Assembly (NCBI GenBank): GCA_019058445.1
Contig: JAHPZA010000006.1
Location: 1,068,843 to 1,132,842, forward strand
Direction: 5' to 3'
Length of the DNA: 64,000 nt
DNA from: Promethearchaeota archaeon
Lineage (GTDB): Archaea; Asgardarchaeota; Lokiarchaeia; Sigyniarchaeales; SOKP01
In this document: in pieces, positions 59,303 through 64,000 of the stretch
Numbering within the stretch: position 1 is the first letter of the stretch
Layout of the letters: the number at the start of each line of letters is the position of its first letter
The notes under the pieces: generated by a model
Seen by the model: only the letters and a program-made list of their open reading frames with translations
Databases searched by the model: none
Told to the model about the DNA's origin: nothing
Translations under genes and position numbers: made by a program

Positions 59303-59686
59303 TTAAATTTTAGCTAGGATCTCCTTAAGCACAGGTTCTCCTGCTGCACCGATCATCATTCCATTTTGTACAAGAGGTTGACCTTGAACTTCTATTATAC
59401 CGTTTACCAGCTCTCCATCCTTGAAGAAAAGCAAGGTGGGGATTGCTGTAATCCCAAATAACTCGCCTAATGGGCGATTCTGGTCAAGATCTACCTGTAT
59501 AAGCTTTATGGCTCCTTCATCACGCAACTTATGAAGTATGGGGGCAACAAACTTGCAAGGCCCGCACCATTCCCGTCTGAGCGAGAAATTCTCTCAGATT
59601 ACGGTGTATATATCGATTAATAATATGCCTTGCTTATGTTCCTCGGTGATATTTAGTCCAACAGATTTTAATTCGTCAATATTCAC
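59303..59686 (-). CDS. trxA: thioredoxin split by a predicted 30-nt BHB intron; join(59686..59600, 59569..59303), 117 aa
   Basis: Exon 1 MNIDELKSVGLNITEEHKQGILLIDIYTV (GTG start, AGGTTGA upstream) plus exon 2 WCGPCKFVAPILHKLRDEG...GITAIPTLLFFKDG; both in frame across a TGA at 59594-59596. Confidence 0.88.
59570..59599 (-). other. predicted mRNA intron (relaxed BHB), 30 nt: ATCTGAGAGAATTTCTCGCTCAGACGGGAA
   Basis: ACCG UA|A UCUGAG...CUCAGA CGGG AA|U; same geometry as the tRNA-Gln introns; contains an in-frame UGA. Confidence 0.8.
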
Positions 59687-60026
59687 GTTTTTTTCAACCT
59701 GAATTAATAATTTTTTGATGTTTTTGATAGTAATAAGGTAATATGTATTTAATTTTTTTAGTGTTTTGTCGCATTTATTTGTTGTAGTTATAAAACCAAA
59801 GAAAAGTCGTGAATTGGAGTTCATAATTTATAGGGGCGAGTTTAGGGGGTTAGCAGAGTTAAGGGGTTATTTGAGGAATATTGCCATTTTTGTAAAAAAA
59901 GAAGATTTTGATGGGAGTTTGAAATATTTATATATTATTAGGAGGTAGTGTATTATTATAAGATTTGTAAGCGAAATTTTATATAATAATTATTGTTGAT
60001 GAGGAGAGATTTAAGGGAGGAGATTT

Positions 60027-61217
60027 GTGAGAATGGCGTATGTGATGATTTGGGATCCGTATGAGCGATTTTTGTGGGGTGTTGCAATTACCATCGCAGT
60101 AATATGCGGGATTCAATATATTAATAGGGGCAGGGATAGGGAAGTTTTAAATGAAAAACTTATAATGTATGGAATTGCTGTAAGTTTAATATGTCTTGCG
60201 ATGGTACGATTATTTTCATACTTTGCGGATTATGAGTTATACGGTGTTCTGATTGGTAATACCTATTACGGCGACTTTAGCAATTATACTCCTAATTATG
60301 AAATTTATGCTCGAATTCAATTGATTTTTTTTACTTTTGGGTTTATTTCAATTGTACTAACATTTGAAATAATTGTAAAGCGTACAAAATATATTATTAC
60401 ATTAATTTACGTTATTTTATTTATTTCAATTATAGTCTTGCCTTTCACTTTAGCGAGAGATATTTTTAATTTTACTATTTATCCAATATCGATTACCTTG
60501 CTTCTCTTCATAGTTTATTTATACACAAAATGGTCTAGAGTAGAATTTAAAGCTTTATCTTCTTTTTTAATTCTCGGTATATTTTTAATAGGGTTTGGGA
60601 ACTCATTAGGTTGGAGGGTATGGAAGTCGCTTAATATATTTCCATTAATGCTAGGTCCTATACTTTTCATATTAGGTTGTCTGATTTTATTAGCTCCGAC
60701 ATGGCTAAATCCCGAAAGAATTTTGCGAAATACTTTTTACTGGAAAATTCTAGCAAGCTTGATATTGTTTTCCTATTGTTCCCTAACGCTTATTAGTTTC
60801 ATTTTTGGTCTTGATGTCAGATTTATCCTTTATAACATATTTACAATTATAACCATATTTATTCTTTTCTACTTTTCTTTAAGAAATATTAAATCAGAAA
60901 TTTATTCGAAACGAGAGGAACCACATGGAGAAACACATCCAGACGTTTTAAGCATATTTACTAAACCTCAAAAAGTAACTGAAGAAGAAGTGTCGGTATC
61001 GAAGGAAAAGAAGATTTGCTTAGTATGTAAGGGGAAAGTGTCGAGATATGAGGTCTATTTATGCCCCGATTGCGAAGCAATTTACTGCCATAAATGCGCC
61101 CGTGCCGTAGAAAACCTGGAAAATGCCTGTTGGGTGTGTGAAAAACCGTTTGATGAATCCAAGCCTGTAAAAAAGTTGGAGGAGAAGGAAGAAGAGATTA
61201 CATTTGAAAAGAAATAA
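60027..61217 (+). CDS. multi-pass membrane protein with C-terminal 8-Cys RING-like zinc finger
   Basis: about 8-9 hydrophobic helices; CLVC...CPDC...YCHKC...CWVC. Confidence 0.7.
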   Translation: MRMAYVMIWDPYERFLWGVAITIAVICGIQYINRGRDREVLNEKLIMYGIAVSLICLAMVRLFSYFADYELYGVLIGNTYYGDFSNYTPNYEIYARIQLIFFTFGFISIVLTFEIIVKRTKYIITLIYVILFISIIVLPFTLARDIFNFTIYPISITLLLFIVYLYTKWSRVEFKALSSFLILGIFLIGFGNSLGWRVWKSLNIFPLMLGPILFILGCLILLAPTWLNPERILRNTFYWKILASLILFSYCSLTLISFIFGLDVRFILYNIFTIITIFILFYFSLRNIKSEIYSKREEPHGETHPDVLSIFTKPQKVTEEEVSVSKEKKICLVCKGKVSRYEVYLCPDCEAIYCHKCARAVENLENACWVCEKPFDESKPVKKLEEKEEEITFEKK

Positions 61218-61276
61218 TTTTAAAATTAAAAGACAATAATATAATATATTAATTACTAAGATTTGATTAGAATAAA

Positions 61277-61783
61277 ATGGCAACTATAGATTTCGAATTT
61301 AGGAATGAAATTATAAAATCTGACATTGGAAGTACCTTAGCGTACTGTTATCAGTGCGCAACTTGTTCAGGCGCATGTCCAGTAGCCCAGGTAACTGAAG
61401 GGAGATATAATCCTCGTCGATTGATCTTAGACGCATTACTTGGATTAAAAGAAAAAATTTTTGGAGCTGAAAATGCATTCAATATTTGGGGTTGCACAAT
61501 GTGCGATACTTGTGATGAAGTTTGTCCACAGAAGGTCGAACTTACAGAGATTTTCACGATTTTAAAGAATAAAAGTATAGAGCGCGGTGAAGCTCCGGCA
61601 TATTATACAGGTCAAGCATCTACAGTATTAGAACATGGTAAAGCAATACCTATGCAACCGGCTATTGAGAGAAGACGGGAACAATTAGGTCTTCCAAAAG
61701 TAATGGAACCTAATGTAGAAGAGGTTAAAAAACTATTGGGGGCAACTAAATTAGCGGAGAAGTTACCTCCAAAAGAAGCTTAA
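61277..61783 (+). CDS. hdrC: heterodisulfide reductase subunit C-like
   Basis: CYQCATCSGACP, WGCTMCDTCDEVCPQ, RREQLGLP. Confidence 0.88.
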   Translation: MATIDFEFRNEIIKSDIGSTLAYCYQCATCSGACPVAQVTEGRYNPRRLILDALLGLKEKIFGAENAFNIWGCTMCDTCDEVCPQKVELTEIFTILKNKSIERGEAPAYYTGQASTVLEHGKAIPMQPAIERRREQLGLPKVMEPNVEEVKKLLGATKLAEKLPPKEA

Positions 61784-61834
61784 ACTTTTTTTAAACCTAT
61801 TTTCTTACTTATTTTTAGTGAAGCCGTTAATCAC

Positions 61835-62515
61835 TTATAGTTCTAACCTTTTAGGGAGTTCTGAAATGTTCTTTAACATTCCTAAAGTCTTATAATTTTT
61901 AAACGCCTCTTGTGCTGTCATCCCTGAAAGAACGGGAATAAAAGTAACACCTGCCCGTTTAGCTGTTTCTGCGTCTGTTAAACTATCTCCTATATAAAGA
62001 ACTTGGGAAGGAAAGAAATTTAAAGTTTTTATGGCTAACAATAAACTTTCTGGATCTGGTTTATGAGTTTTCACATCTTCCCCTCCAATGATAATATCAA
62101 AATATTCTAGCAGATTTTCACGAGCCAAAATCGATTCTATTCTATAACGAAATTTAGTAGAAACGATACCGAGAATGATTCCATGATCCTTAAGTAAATG
62201 AATAATATTGTGAACATCATCAAACATAATCGTTAAATCAGCCATGACCTCATCCGCTTTTTGGATAAAATATTGAGAAAAGGCTTCAGCTTTATTTTTA
62301 TTTTTGGTTCCTGCTAATGTAATAAAAGTATCCTTTAAGGAAAGCCCAATTGTTTTTAAGATCTCTTTTTTTGAGGGAATCGGAAAATTTAGCATTTTAA
62401 ATCCATAGATTACACATTGTTCAACCCCTTTAGAGGAATTGGCAAGTGTGAAGTCAAAATCAAAAAGAATTGCTTTAATTTTTTCCATAAATAACCTTTT
62501 ATTAATCTCTCCCAT
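61835..62515 (-). CDS. HAD-superfamily phosphatase (Gph-like)
   Basis: FDFDFTL, VSTK, KPDPE, IGDS..D. Confidence 0.92.
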   Translation of the reverse strand: MGEINKRLFMEKIKAILFDFDFTLANSSKGVEQCVIYGFKMLNFPIPSKKEILKTIGLSLKDTFITLAGTKNKNKAEAFSQYFIQKADEVMADLTIMFDDVHNIIHLLKDHGIILGIVSTKFRYRIESILARENLLEYFDIIIGGEDVKTHKPDPESLLLAIKTLNFFPSQVLYIGDSLTDAETAKRAGVTFIPVLSGMTAQEAFKNYKTLGMLKNISELPKRLEL

Positions 62516-62603
62516 ATTTTTTAGTTAAAGTAATAAACAAAATAAACAATTTTATTTTTCGAATTTGATATAAATAAGTTAATATTGAATAGAGGAGAAT
62601 TGT

Positions 62604-62666
62604 ATGAAAAAACTGATTATAGGTAGTAATTGGAAGATTAACAGGAGTTACTTTTTCCTAATTTAA
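62604..62666 (+). pseudogene. N-terminal fragment resembling triosephosphate isomerase
   Basis: AGAGGAG upstream; MKKLIIGSNWKINRSYFFLI* matches the TIM N-terminal NWK motif. Confidence 0.5.
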
Positions 62667-62742
62667 TAATAGCCATACTTTTCGTAGGAAACAAGAAGTA
62701 AAAAAAAAAGGAATTTGAATTAGATTTATTTTAATTCTGAAA

Positions 62743-64000
62743 TTACATTGGTTCCTCAGGAGGTGGTTCTTCTGGTTCGGGCATCTCTTCCAAGATCCCT
62801 AGGAAGAACACTTTTCTTCCAACTGCTAGCAGACATGAGCACTTATCGCATCTACAGACTTTAACGAAAATTCTACCGAGGTCACCACATCCAAAATAGA
62901 ATTCAAATTTTCTGCATTTCCAAGCTTTTTTAATTTCCCATTCAATAGATTGTTGACATAAGTCTATTCGAATGAGATCTTCTGAGAGATATAATTTAGC
63001 ATCTCCATGATAGCATTTTTTACAGATGCGAACGCACCCACACCCGCTATATATCTCTTCGAATAGAAATGTCAAGGATTTAGGAATCTCCCCATTGCCT
63101 TCTGTATCAATGCTAAAGTATTCTATGAGATATGTGCCTAATGCAAGATTAAGAGAGAAAGGACTTGAATATTCAATCCATTCACCGCCGTTAATTCGAT
63201 AATATGTATGAGCTACTTCTGAAAAATCGTCTTTAGCAGATAAAACAAATTTTGAATTAAAATTTACATAAATCTTTCCCCCCGTACCCTCATAATAATC
63301 TTCAATTGTCAATTCGGTAGATGGTGGCCATAAATCTAAAACTTCTACGATAATTTCTTGATATGCTGTTAAAGCATCATTTGGTCTATCGTTATCAGCA
63401 TCAGTTACCCAAACTTTTAAGAGATAAGTACCAGGTAGTAAAACTACGTAATGGATACCAAGTGTTTTAAAAATATAGCTTTCAATTTCAATATAAACGT
63501 CAGCTATATCACTTTCATCAGATGCTTGTATATTTATAGGTACCACAACTCCATAGCTAGTAGGTTCTGTAAGTCCTATTGAAACTGTAATATCTGGAGG
63601 AGAAATATCATCATCCGTGATGGTTACGATATTTGTTTCAGTAGAACTCTCTTGATCCATAGAACCTCGGTCAAGGTCGGCATTGGTGGCAGAAACCGAG
63701 ATTGTATGAGTTCCTAAGGTATTTGGGACCGAATAAGCGCCACTCGATGCTCCTACTATAGTTCCATCGACTTTTACAGTAATAGAATCAATTCCACTTT
63801 CGGGATCATCAATAGAGACGGTCCAAAATCCTGGATTGCTGTCTAATTCATCACCAGTATATATAATACTGATCAATGGACCGCTGGTGTCATCATCTGC
63901 AATTATGACAGAATTTGATTCTAAGCTCGTTTCTTGATCACCAGGACCTCGGTCAAGGTCGGCATTGGTGGCAGAAACCGAGATTGTATGAGTTCCTAAG
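62743..64000 (-). CDS. large surface/secreted protein with tandem Ig-like repeats and Cys-rich C-terminus (5'-truncated by window edge)
   Basis: frame stays open to 64000; D..SGI/DD...P beta-sandwich repeats. Confidence 0.8.
   Translation of the reverse strand, partial: LGTHTISVSATNADLDRGPGDQETSLESNSVIIADDDTSGPLISIIYTGDELDSNPGFWTVSIDDPESGIDSITVKVDGTIVGASSGAYSVPNTLGTHTISVSATNADLDRGSMDQESSTETNIVTITDDDISPPDITVSIGLTEPTSYGVVVPINIQASDESDIADVYIEIESYIFKTLGIHYVVLLPGTYLLKVWVTDADNDRPNDALTAYQEIIVEVLDLWPPSTELTIEDYYEGTGGKIYVNFNSKFVLSAKDDFSEVAHTYYRINGGEWIEYSSPFSLNLALGTYLIEYFSIDTEGNGEIPKSLTFLFEEIYSGCGCVRICKKCYHGDAKLYLSEDLIRIDLCQQSIEWEIKKAWKCRKFEFYFGCGDLGRIFVKVCRCDKCSCLLAVGRKVFFLGILEEMPEPEEPPPEEPM
63664..64000. 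repeat. intragenic tandem repeat, 282-nt period; identical 55 nt at 63664-63718 and 63946-64000
   Basis: ACCTCGGTCAAGG...AGTTCCTAAG occurs twice exactly. Confidence 0.88.

Noticed and set aside
59594-59596. Selenocysteine or stop read-through at the in-frame TGA of trx
   Set aside because: The TGA is not at a catalytic Cys position, read-through would leave a 10-aa insertion right before WCGPC, and no convincing SECIS was seen downstream.
59577-59602. Spliceosomal-looking GTAATC...TTTCTCGCTCAG (GT-AG, 26 nt) within the trx insert
   Set aside because: Removing 26 nt shifts the frame and destroys WCGPC; no spliceosome is known in archaea; the BHB register explains the insert exactly.
59570-59602. 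Translational bypassing (ribosome hop) over the trx hairpin
   Set aside because: No matching take-off and landing codon pair restores the frame.
59594-59824. 76-aa ORF (and the 74-aa ORF at 59303-59527) as independent genes
   Set aside because: They are the two halves of one thioredoxin; sequence upstream of the GTG at 59686 looks like an AT-rich promoter region.
59766-59948. 60-aa ORF in a G-skewed intergenic stretch
   Set aside because: No motif and it overlaps the divergent promoter region; not supportable as a gene.
855-61557. Numerous short ORFs antisense to or nested in well-supported genes
   Set aside because: Shadow ORFs of real genes with no independent motifs.

Overview
AT-rich archaeal chromosomal segment, most likely from an Asgard archaeon (Lokiarchaeia-like). 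This is inferred from the archaeal S19-L15 ribosomal protein block together with ribophorin I, an OSTC/OST3-6-like protein, roadblock/LC7, V4R/Bet3-like proteins and RING-like zinc fingers. The window holds about 65 housekeeping and metabolic CDS and one tRNA-Gln(UUG) gene split by two non-canonical 30-nt bulge-helix-bulge (BHB) introns. Main finding: a thioredoxin gene (59303-59686, minus strand) is interrupted immediately before its WCGPC active site by a 30-nt, stop-containing hairpin. That hairpin has the same length, end sequences (A...GAA) and relaxed BHB geometry as the two tRNA introns, and removing it restores an intact 117-aa thioredoxin. This points to tRNA-type splicing of an mRNA and to a family of 30-nt mini-introns shared between tRNA and protein genes. 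No CRISPR array, rRNA or transposase was seen. All product calls come from motif recognition by eye, not database searches.
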